Under the pieces are notes generated by a model. It was not told the DNA's origin. It searched no databases and saw only the letters and a list, made by a program, of their open reading frames with translations. Positions 49,226 through 57,184 of a stretch of DNA of 64,000 bases are shown piece by piece (within the stretch, counting starts at the first letter, position 1; each line of letters opens with the position of its first letter). The stretch covers positions 39,207 through 103,206 of the forward strand of contig JAZQUP010000021.1 in assembly GCA_045631345.1 (NCBI GenBank). Reading direction: 5' to 3'. Made by a program: the position numbers and the translations under genes. The DNA comes from Candidatus Avispirillum sp. Its GTDB lineage: Bacteria > Bacillota > Clostridia > Oscillospirales > CAG-272.

Positions 49226-51313
49226 ATGACAAGAGCAGAAGCCGCAAAAAAAGCCCGCGAGCTTGTTTCAAAAATGACAGTAGAGGAAAAGGCCGACCAG
49301 CTTCTTTACTGCAGCGATCCCATCGAGAGGCTTGGAATTAACGGCTACAACTGGTGGAACGAAGCCCTGCACGGTGTAGCAAGAGCAGGCGTTGCAACGG
49401 TATTTCCCCAGGCAATAGGCCTTGCCGCATCCTTTGACCCCGAGTTCGTGGGGGAGGTTGCCGACGTTATCTCCACCGAGGCGCGCGCCAAGTACAACTG
49501 CCACGTTGAGGAAAAGGATTTCGGCATATACAAGGGCCTTACCATGTGGTCGCCCAACATCAATATTTTCCGCGATCCCCGTTGGGGCCGCGGTCAGGAG
49601 ACCTACGGAGAGGACCCCTACCTTACGTCTAGCGTTGGATGCGAGTTTGTTCGCGGCCTTCAGGGCGACGGAGAATTTTTAAAGTGCTCTGCCTGCGCAA
49701 AGCACTTGGCCGTTCACAGCGGCCCCGAAAAGCTCAGACACACCTTTAACGCTATCTCCTCACAAAAGGATCTTTTCGAGACCTATCTTCCCGCATTTGA
49801 AAGGCTTGTCAAGGATGCAAAGGTAGAGGGCGTAATGGGCGCCTACAACCGCACAAACGACGAGGCGTGCTGCGCCCACAGCCAGCTTATGGACGACGTG
49901 CTTTTTAAGCAGTGGGGCTTTGAGGGATATTTCGTTTCCGACTGCGGCGCAATATGCAATTTCCATAAGACACATATGATCACCCACGACGGCCCTCACT
50001 CTGCCGCCCTCGCCCTCAGCCACAGATGCAACGTAAACTGCGGCGGCGCATATACCAATATTCTGAAGGCACTTGAGGACGGGCTTGTAACGGAGGAGCT
50101 TATTGACGAAAACCTTGTAAAGGCGCTCACCACAAGAGTTCTTCTCGGCGAATTTGAAGAGGTTCGCCCCTATACGGATATCGAATACGATATCGTTGAC
50201 TGCGAGGAGCACCGCCTTAAAAATCTTGAGGCGGCCCGCCGCTCTCTCGTTCTTCTCAAAAACGACGGTACCCTGCCCCTCAGTCGCAAGGAGCTGAAAA
50301 GGGTTGCCGTCATCGGCCCCAACGCCATGTCCCACTCTGCCCTCTCCGGCAACTACTGCGGACTTGCATCCGAGTACGTCACCGTCACCGACGGTATCAG
50401 AAGAGCCCTGCCCGATGCGCGCATCTACTACGCTATGGGCACACGCCTTTTCGATGATGATACGGAGCACGCAGGCGGCATCAGCACAGCGGCAGAGGCG
50501 GCAAAGCGCGCAGACGTAGCTGTAGTTTGCCTCGGCCTTGACCCCAACCACGAGGGGGAGGAGCTGACCGTCTCAAACGACTACTGCGACGGCGGCGACA
50601 GAACTACAGTTGCCCTTCCCGCAATACAGAAAAAGCTTCTTTCTGCGGTATGCGATGCCTGCGATAAGGTAATTGCCGTAGTTATGCAGGGAAGCTGCTG
50701 TGATATCGGAGAGGAGCTTCTTGGAAGAGTAAGCGCCCTCGTCCACGCCTGGTACCCCGGCGCACAGGGAGGAAATGCCATAGCCGAGCTTATCCTCGGA
50801 GACTTCTCCCCCAGCGGCCGCCTGCCCGTCACCTTCTATCGCGAGGACGACGAGATCAAGGATATCTGCGACTACGATATGGAGGGCCGCACCTACCGAT
50901 TTATCAATACCGAGCCCCTCTTCCCCTTCGGCTACGGACTCGGCTATTCCGAGTTTAAATATACGGATGCTACTCTTCTCTCAAGGGACAGCGAGGGTAT
51001 TACCCTCTCGGTCAAGGTAACGAATACGGGTAAAATGGATGCAAGAGAGATAACGCAGGTGTACGCCTCCTTTACCGATAGCAGGACCCGTACTCCCAAC
51101 TTCCAGCTTTGCGCCATTTCATCAAATATGATCAGATCAGGAGAGAGTGCAACACTTACTCTCAAGGTCTCCGACTATTGGATCAAGGCGGTTAACGAAA
51201 AGGGCGAGCGTATCACCCCAAACGGTAGCCTCTCCCTCTTTATCGGCGGCCACCAGCCCGACAAAAAAAGCACCCACCTTTGCGGCGAGTGCCTTGAGAT
51301 TAAAATGAATTGA
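49226..51313 (+). CDS. GH3 beta-xylosidase/beta-glucosidase
   Basis: WWNEALHG, RDPRWGRGQETYGEDP, CAKH, SDCGA, WYPG, FPFGYGL, C-terminal Fn3-like domain; GC-rich. Confidence 0.95.
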   Translation: MTRAEAAKKARELVSKMTVEEKADQLLYCSDPIERLGINGYNWWNEALHGVARAGVATVFPQAIGLAASFDPEFVGEVADVISTEARAKYNCHVEEKDFGIYKGLTMWSPNINIFRDPRWGRGQETYGEDPYLTSSVGCEFVRGLQGDGEFLKCSACAKHLAVHSGPEKLRHTFNAISSQKDLFETYLPAFERLVKDAKVEGVMGAYNRTNDEACCAHSQLMDDVLFKQWGFEGYFVSDCGAICNFHKTHMITHDGPHSAALALSHRCNVNCGGAYTNILKALEDGLVTEELIDENLVKALTTRVLLGEFEEVRPYTDIEYDIVDCEEHRLKNLEAARRSLVLLKNDGTLPLSRKELKRVAVIGPNAMSHSALSGNYCGLASEYVTVTDGIRRALPDARIYYAMGTRLFDDDTEHAGGISTAAEAAKRADVAVVCLGLDPNHEGEELTVSNDYCDGGDRTTVALPAIQKKLLSAVCDACDKVIAVVMQGSCCDIGEELLGRVSALVHAWYPGAQGGNAIAELILGDFSPSGRLPVTFYREDDEIKDICDYDMEGRTYRFINTEPLFPFGYGLGYSEFKYTDATLLSRDSEGITLSVKVTNTGKMDAREITQVYASFTDSRTRTPNFQLCAISSNMIRSGESATLTLKVSDYWIKAVNEKGERITPNGSLSLFIGGHQPDKKSTHLCGECLEIKMN

Positions 51314-51321
51314 TTAAAGTA

Positions 51322-51347
51322 AAAGGAGATGCCATGGCATCTCCTTT
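51322..51347 (+). terminator. Perfect palindrome; family member
   Basis: AAAGGAGATGCCATGGCATCTCCTTT. Confidence 0.8.
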
Positions 51348-51364
51348 CCTTTTTCTAAAAAAAC

Positions 51365-51619
51365 AAAAAACTCCTTGATTTCTCAAGGATTTTTTATTTT
51401 GTAATGTTAAATTACTTAGAAGCCTTGACCATAGCAACTGCAACAGCAACTGTCATACGTAGCCTGTGGGTTGTTACCGGCAACCATGAGACACATCATT
51501 TCTTTATCAAAACCGATGGTAAAAACCTAAAAAGTGCCAGAAGCAAATGCTATCAAGGGTATTTTTAATATGAAATTGTGTTAAACACATCTTTTATATG
51601 TGTTCCCAAGCCAATTATA
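51365..51619 (-). repeat. GGGtGRT 3'-end copy R3 (about 255 bp, type-B terminator)
   Basis: Direct repeat of 53633-53889 at offset about 2270. Confidence 0.95.
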
Positions 51620-51627
51620 ATTTCTTT

Positions 51628-53538
51628 TTATTCTACAATAACACGCTCTCCTGTAGCTTTTCCTTCTTTTATCAACTGTCCGTTTTTAAATACCTGCCAG
51701 GTGCTTCCCTTAATGCGAATATCAAAGGATGCGTTACAAACGTTGATTTTTGAAAGAGAAATATCGCCAAATTCTGTAATATTGGGATTAAATGAAAAAG
51801 AATTGAGGCTTTCGGGTTCAATTCCAAAAATCCCCTCAGAAACAATTCTTGCAAAAAGGGCGCTTTCTCCTGAAAGATGACGTTTTCCACCTTCGGGATA
51901 TGCTTCAACGGCGTAAGGTACTCGGTCACAGAGAAGTCGTTTGTTGCAATAGCGAAGAAGCGGCTCTTTCATTACGTCAGCCTTGCCCATTATAAATGCA
52001 CATTTCATTCCGTAAAGAGTGGAACGGTCCCATATAGTATGGCTGGTATTTTCTTCAGATATTTCGCAAGTGAGCATTCCTTCCTCTGTCCAGAGGTGTT
52101 CGGAAAGCATTGCGTTTAATGTATCTTCGGCTCTGTTTTTTATGCCCATGCAAAGAGGTAAGCAGATCCAGGCGCGAAGAGTATCGTATCCCTTTGAATA
52201 CCGATAGGTATCAAAATTGTGAAGTGTAGCGCCGAAATATTTGTCTATTGCTTTACAAAGAGCGTCAGCACGTTGTGTATATATTGCTGCGCTTTTGTTG
52301 TCTCCGAGAGAAAGTGCAAGCTTTGTGGCAAGTCGGAGACCGCCGTAGCAAAGACTGGAGGTTGAAAGATTTGCTTTATTGTCTGTGGGGAATCTTCCTT
52401 CAAGCTCATCGTTTTCGGATAAAATAACTCCGTCCTCAGACTTTTGTTTTTCGCAGTATTCAGCACACCACTGTATTGCCGGATAAAGCTCTTCGGCTAT
52501 GTTTCTGTCGCCAAGAAGCAAGCAGAAAAGTGAAGCTCCGTAAAGATACATTGCGCTGTCACCGCGATCTCCTGCGCCTTCCCATATATCAAGACCTTCA
52601 GCGATGATAGATGAGGGTAGACGATAATAATTATCGGACATAAAGGGTATGTATGCGCGATATGCATTAAGAGATGCCTCTATTGCAGTTTTGTCTCCTG
52701 TCATTGCAAAGTGAGGACCTGCATATTCGATCTGGTCATTACACCATATGGCCGCATAGTATGCATATCCGCCGGGGCTGTGAAATTTACCGGATAAGGT
52801 TTCAAAAATGCTTTCAGCAGCTCTCAACTTTGAAAGTCTGAGCATAACGTCAAGCTCTGGGTGTGAGCTTTTAAGAATAAGTGCCCCATCGCAAAGTGCT
52901 GATATTCTCTCTCTTCTCTTTTCAAGTTCTTTAATATGATCTGGAATATCGCTGATATTTCTTCCAATATCGCAGTAATAATAGATTGCAAACTCTACGC
53001 TCTCTCCCTTTTTGAGGGAAACTTCTTCTTTAAGCGTGTGGTGGATCTTTGCAACGTAAACGCCCTTTGTGCCTCTGCCGTAGGAATATACGGTATCACA
53101 AGGCTTGGAAGCTGATATCGTAACGTCTTCTGTTGCAGTTACAGTAATAGTTTCGAGGCAGAACGCAAGGTCGACAGAGGGGAAAAAACAGCGTTTTGTT
53201 GCAAAGCCGCAGTCGGTGTCGCATTCAATGCTCAAAACCCCGTCAAAGGTGAACTTTCGGGGCTGTTCGGAAACTGCTTTGCGGTTTGCGATAAGATGGG
53301 GGATTTCGCTATCGTCAAAAAGCACGTTATACGTTGCGTGAGTATTATTGGGAATAGTTCTTAGAGTGGGGAAAAAGCAGTGGCGAGAAAGAGCTAGCTC
53401 GCCGTCCTCATTTACTCCGTACGTAACTATGAAATCAGTATAGAGACCGCTCATTTCAATATTGTCAAAATGGCACTGTCCTTCTTTAACGTTCCATGCT
53501 ATATGCTGATCTTCAATATTCCAGATTTTTTCTGTCAT
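51628..53538 (-). CDS. Six-hairpin glycosidase-like protein
   Basis: HSPGG..YYAAIWCNDQ.EY, GAGDRGD, DELEGRFP, EAYPEG..RHLSGES; RBS GGAGG. Confidence 0.7.
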   Translation of the reverse strand: MTEKIWNIEDQHIAWNVKEGQCHFDNIEMSGLYTDFIVTYGVNEDGELALSRHCFFPTLRTIPNNTHATYNVLFDDSEIPHLIANRKAVSEQPRKFTFDGVLSIECDTDCGFATKRCFFPSVDLAFCLETITVTATEDVTISASKPCDTVYSYGRGTKGVYVAKIHHTLKEEVSLKKGESVEFAIYYYCDIGRNISDIPDHIKELEKRRERISALCDGALILKSSHPELDVMLRLSKLRAAESIFETLSGKFHSPGGYAYYAAIWCNDQIEYAGPHFAMTGDKTAIEASLNAYRAYIPFMSDNYYRLPSSIIAEGLDIWEGAGDRGDSAMYLYGASLFCLLLGDRNIAEELYPAIQWCAEYCEKQKSEDGVILSENDELEGRFPTDNKANLSTSSLCYGGLRLATKLALSLGDNKSAAIYTQRADALCKAIDKYFGATLHNFDTYRYSKGYDTLRAWICLPLCMGIKNRAEDTLNAMLSEHLWTEEGMLTCEISEENTSHTIWDRSTLYGMKCAFIMGKADVMKEPLLRYCNKRLLCDRVPYAVEAYPEGGKRHLSGESALFARIVSEGIFGIEPESLNSFSFNPNITEFGDISLSKINVCNASFDIRIKGSTWQVFKNGQLIKEGKATGERVIVE

Positions 53539-53632
53539 TTTAAGTCCTCCGTTTGCTTGCAATTGTAGCTATTAGATACTACCTAAGAAAATTATACCAC
53601 AATATTAGTACTCCCACAATAAAAATACAAGC

Positions 53633-53889
53633 AAAAAACTCCTTGATTGCTCAAGGAGTTTTTGTTGTTTGTAATATTAAATTACTTAGAAGCCTCGACC
53701 ATAGCAACAGCTACTGCAACAGTCATACGTAGCCTGTGGGTTGTTACCAGCAACCATGAGACCCATCAGCTCTTTATCAAAACTGATGGTGAAAACCTAA
53801 AAAGTGCCAGAAGCCAATGCTATCAAGGATATTTTTAATATGAAATTGTGTTAAACACATCTTTTATATGTGTTCCCCGACCCATTATA
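53633..53889 (-). repeat. GGGtGRT 3'-end copy R4 (about 255 bp, type-B terminator)
   Basis: AAAAAACTCCTTGA-TTGC-TCAAGGAGTTTTT, then TTACTTAGAAGCC.. matching 54521-54658. Confidence 0.95.
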
Positions 53890-53985
53890 GATCAACTTTT
53901 ATCAAGAAGTCAACATCTTTTTAACATCTTTTGAGGATGTTTGAGGCATCTTTTAATATCTTTATAATCAAATATGTTTGTAAGT

Positions 53986-54333
53986 TTAAAAGCATTCTTG
54001 ATAGCTTTCCAAAGTTAACTTTCCAAAATAGCTCTCAATATCTCTTTTATCAGTGATATTCTTGTCAAAGTAAAGGCTTTCGATTACAGCAACTTCTATA
54101 AGATTCTTAACTTTTTCGTCGCCATTCTTTAACATATCTTCAACAAATTCAAATATTTCAATTAGAGTTTTCTTGCTGTTAATTTTAGTTGTTTCAACAA
54201 TAAATTTTATAAACTTTGATTCATAAAAAATGTATGGTAAATCTTTATAGTAGTCCTTGTCTAATTCGTAGATTTGCTTTAGCTCAGGAAAACGATTAAC
54301 AAGGATTGTTATTGCCTCATCATAGTTATACAT
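53986..54333 (-). CDS. Small AT-rich helical protein, immunity-protein-like
   Basis: RBS GAGGAG; L..RFPEL..LPY..IFEFVE.ML..GDE.V.N.IEV..IESL pattern. Confidence 0.65.
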   Translation of the reverse strand: MYNYDEAITILVNRFPELKQIYELDKDYYKDLPYIFYESKFIKFIVETTKINSKKTLIEIFEFVEDMLKNGDEKVKNLIEVAVIESLYFDKNITDKRDIESYFGKLTLESYQECF

Positions 54334-54359
54334 AAAACGCTCCTCTAATATTCTTTTTG

Positions 54360-54491
54360 TCACTCATACAACCTACGCATTTTATCAAGGTACTCTTTAA
54401 ACTCTTCCACTTGCGGAGAGGGCGAGAGTATTTTTACTTTATTGCCTAGGCCGCAGAGCCAGCCGTAAAACTGATTGCTGACCTTGATACA
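54360..54491 (-). pseudogene. C-terminal remnant of a WYL-domain regulator
   Basis: Frame IKVSNQFYGWLCGLGNKVKILSPSPQVEEFKEYLDKMRRLYE* with no start codon. Confidence 0.65.
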
Positions 54492-54519
54492 TTATACCAC
54501 AATAAAAATATACGTTCAA
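54491..54519 (-). promoter_or_regulatory. Sigma-A promoter reading into the array
   Basis: Minus strand TTGAAC-17 bp-TATAAT with TG extension. Confidence 0.7.
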
Positions 54520-54520
54520 C

Positions 54521-54552
54521 AAAAAAACTCCTTGATTTATCAAGGAGTTTTT
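54521..54552 (-). terminator. GGGtGRT gene terminator (type B)
   Basis: AAAAAAACTCCTTGA-TTTA-TCAAGGAGTTTTT. Confidence 0.85.
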
Positions 54553-54568
54553 ATTTTGTAATATTAAA

Positions 54569-55567
54569 TTACTTAGAAGCCTCTTCGATAGCAACAGCAA
54601 CAGCAACTGTCATACCAACCATGGGGTTGTTACCAGCGCCGATGAGACCCATCATCTCTACGTGAGCGGGTACGGAGGAAGAACCTGCGAACTGTGCGTC
54701 GCCGTGCATTCTACCCATTGTATCTGTCATACCGTAGGAAGCGGGACCTGCTGCCATGTTATCGGGATGGAGTGTACGACCTGTACCACCACCGGATGCA
54801 ACGGAGAAGTACTTAACGCCGTTTTCGATAGCCCACTTCTTATATGTACCTGCAACGGGGTGCTGGAATCTTGTGGGGTTAGTAGAGTTACCTGTGATGG
54901 AAACGCCTACGTTTTCAAGTCTCATAATAGCAACGCCTTCGGGTACGCTATCAGAACCATAGCACTTAACGTCTGCACGAGGACCATTGGAGTAAGCTGT
55001 TTCCTTAACAACTGTAACTTCCTCTGTTGCGGGGTCAAACTGTGTCTGAACGTATGTAAAGCCGTTGATACGGGAGATGATCATTGCTGCGTCCTTACCG
55101 AGACCGTTGAGGATAACACGGAGGGGCTTTGTTCTAACCTTATTAGCGTTGAGGGCGATCTTGATTGCGCCTTCAGCTGCTGCGAAGGATTCGTGACCTG
55201 CGAGGAAGCAGAAGCATTCTGTTTCTTCGGAAAGAAGCATGGAGCCGAGGTTACCATGGCCGAGACCAACCTTACGGTTTTCAGCAACAGAACCGGGGAT
55301 ACAGAAGGACTGGAGGCCGATACCGATAGCGGCAGCAGCGTCAGCAGCCTTTGTGCAGCCCTTCTTGATTGCGATAGCTGCGCCTACTGTATATGCCCAC
55401 TTTGCATTTTCAAATGCGATAGGCTGTGTTTCTTCTACGATCTTATAGGGGTCGATACCCTTTGCATCACAGATTTCCTTACACTCGTCGATAGAGGAAA
55501 TACCGTATTCAGCGAGAGCGGCAAGAATTTTCGCCTCGCGTCTTTCATAACCTTCAAATTTAGCCAT
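54569..55567 (-). CDS. GGGtGRT protein
   Basis: SGGGTGRTLHPDN, FLAGHESFAAAEGA, GNSTNPTRFQHP. Confidence 0.95.
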   Translation of the reverse strand: MAKFEGYERREAKILAALAEYGISSIDECKEICDAKGIDPYKIVEETQPIAFENAKWAYTVGAAIAIKKGCTKAADAAAAIGIGLQSFCIPGSVAENRKVGLGHGNLGSMLLSEETECFCFLAGHESFAAAEGAIKIALNANKVRTKPLRVILNGLGKDAAMIISRINGFTYVQTQFDPATEEVTVVKETAYSNGPRADVKCYGSDSVPEGVAIMRLENVGVSITGNSTNPTRFQHPVAGTYKKWAIENGVKYFSVASGGGTGRTLHPDNMAAGPASYGMTDTMGRMHGDAQFAGSSSVPAHVEMMGLIGAGNNPMVGMTVAVAVAIEEASK

Positions 55568-55587
55568 TTTGTAGTTCCTCCTTCTAA

Positions 55588-56286
55588 TTATTCTTTACGG
55601 GGGTCGATGTACTTAACAGCGTCAGCAAATCTGCCGTATGTACCCTTGGACTTTTCGTATGCTGTTGTGGGGTCGTCGCCCTTCTTGATGAAGTCTGTCA
55701 TCTTGCCGAGAGAAACGAACTCATAACCGATAACCTGATCGTCAGCATCGAGAGCCATTCTTGTGCAGTAGCCTTCTGTCATTTCAAGGTATCTAACGCC
55801 CTTTGCCTTTGTACCGTACATTGTACCAACCATGGAGCGCTCGCCCTTACCGTGGTCTTCCATGCCTGCGCCGATTACGAGACCGCCTTCGGAGAAAGCA
55901 GACTGGCTACGGCCGTATACGATCTGGAGGAACAGTTCGCGCATTGCTGTGTTGATAGCATCGCAAACAAGGTCTGTATTAAGTGCTTCGAGAAGTGTCT
56001 TTCCGGGGAGGATCTCAGCTGCCATAGCTGCAGAGTGAGTCATACCGGAGCAACCGATTGTTTCAACGAGAGCCTCTTCGATGATGCCTTCCTTAACGTT
56101 AAGGGAAAGCTTACAAGCGCCCTGCTGAGGTGCACACCAGCCCACACCGTGTGTGTAAGCGGAGATGTCAGAAATCTGCTTTGCCTGAATCCACTTGCCC
56201 TCTTCGGGAATGGGAGCGGGACCGTGGTTGGGGCCCTTAGCAACGCAGCACATGTTTTCAACTTCTTTTGAATAAACTAAGCTCAT
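55588..56286 (-). CDS. NifU/IscU-like scaffold-domain protein (GGGtGRT partner)
   Basis: HGPAPIPEEG, GWCAPQQGACKL, GCSGMTHS, DLVCDAIN. Confidence 0.85.
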   Translation of the reverse strand: MSLVYSKEVENMCCVAKGPNHGPAPIPEEGKWIQAKQISDISAYTHGVGWCAPQQGACKLSLNVKEGIIEEALVETIGCSGMTHSAAMAAEILPGKTLLEALNTDLVCDAINTAMRELFLQIVYGRSQSAFSEGGLVIGAGMEDHGKGERSMVGTMYGTKAKGVRYLEMTEGYCTRMALDADDQVIGYEFVSLGKMTDFIKKGDDPTTAYEKSKGTYGRFADAVKYIDPRKE

Positions 56287-56552
56287 TGTTGGAAGTCTCC
56301 TTTATGTAATTGAATTGTTTTCACACATATCATTATACATTGTCTTTCTCTCTTTTTCAATAACTATTGTCAAAAAAAATGCAATTATTGCGCCGCCAAG
56401 CCAAAAATCCTGTTGTTTTCCTTCTTTGGCTTTGCTTGCGGGTGTTTTTCTGAGATATTTATGGGGATAGTATGTATGTTGGAGAGCATCCTTCCGCATT
56501 TAAAACAGATAAATTTTTCAGCGATTTTTGTGCGGAAGGATGCTTAAAATAT

Positions 56553-57008
56553 TTATTTCTGCTCGACAAATTTGCCGATAGAATGGGCATAGGTTGATTC
56601 CAGCGTCACTACCTCTGTGCATAGCTTTGCCAGAGCCTCATCCTTTGGCGGATTTACCTCCAGCATTTTTCTGAGAGACACAACTCCCATTTCCAGTCCT
56701 TTCACCATCATTTCAGCTATGTGCGAATCAGATGAATCAAACATTGTGTTCGCCATGATTCCCATATCAACTGATATGGCTTTCATTTTTGATATGCTTT
56801 TGGCTTCAATCCCTCTCTCTCTCATAAGCTCCTCGGTTTTCTCCAGCAGTTCACTGCTTTTCATCACAACTGCGCTTAATTGCTCAAGCAGTTTTTTGTT
56901 ATCAGCCTTTTTCATTACTGATGTGGTGGACTCTGCGCTCATTTCTAGGTTTCTGTGAATCTCGCAGAAAAGCTCTTCGTCGCTTTTGCTTATTTGTATT
57001 TTATCCAT
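56553..57008 (-). CDS. Hypothetical helical (ferritin-like?) protein
   Basis: RBS GAGGGG; D.SDSHIAEMM.KG.EMG pattern. Confidence 0.6.
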   Translation of the reverse strand: MDKIQISKSDEELFCEIHRNLEMSAESTTSVMKKADNKKLLEQLSAVVMKSSELLEKTEELMRERGIEAKSISKMKAISVDMGIMANTMFDSSDSHIAEMMVKGLEMGVVSLRKMLEVNPPKDEALAKLCTEVVTLESTYAHSIGKFVEQK

Positions 57009-57184
57009 ATTATCACCCCTCCCTATGGTTTTTTCTGCTTTTATTATGCCCTCCTCCCTCTATTTTTACTCTCTAACTGTTGCAACCGCCCCTTAAAAGT
57101 TATATAATAATAGGAGTATTATGCACGGAATATTCCGCACATAACACACACTTCATTGTTATACAACTCTTCGGAGGGATGGAT

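Larger units (their letters stand above)
45647..54658. mobile_element. Putative cassette array / accreted integrase-less islets at the GGGtGRT gene 3' end
   Basis: Five diverged copies of the gene's 3' end separate unrelated cargo genes; no recombinase in window. Confidence 0.65.

Noticed and set aside
53647-53838. 63-aa ORF MLKEFLL..NYLEASTIATATATV
   Set aside because: Antisense reading of the GGGtGRT 3'-end repeat, starting inside the terminator
47234-54658. Repeats as DGR template/variable repeats
   Set aside because: Differences from the gene are not adenine-specific, include a shared +1 shift, and no reverse transcriptase is present in the window
47143-54658. Repeats as a CRISPR array
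   Set aside because: Spacers are mostly kilobase-sized genes, repeats are long and diverged, and there are no cas genes
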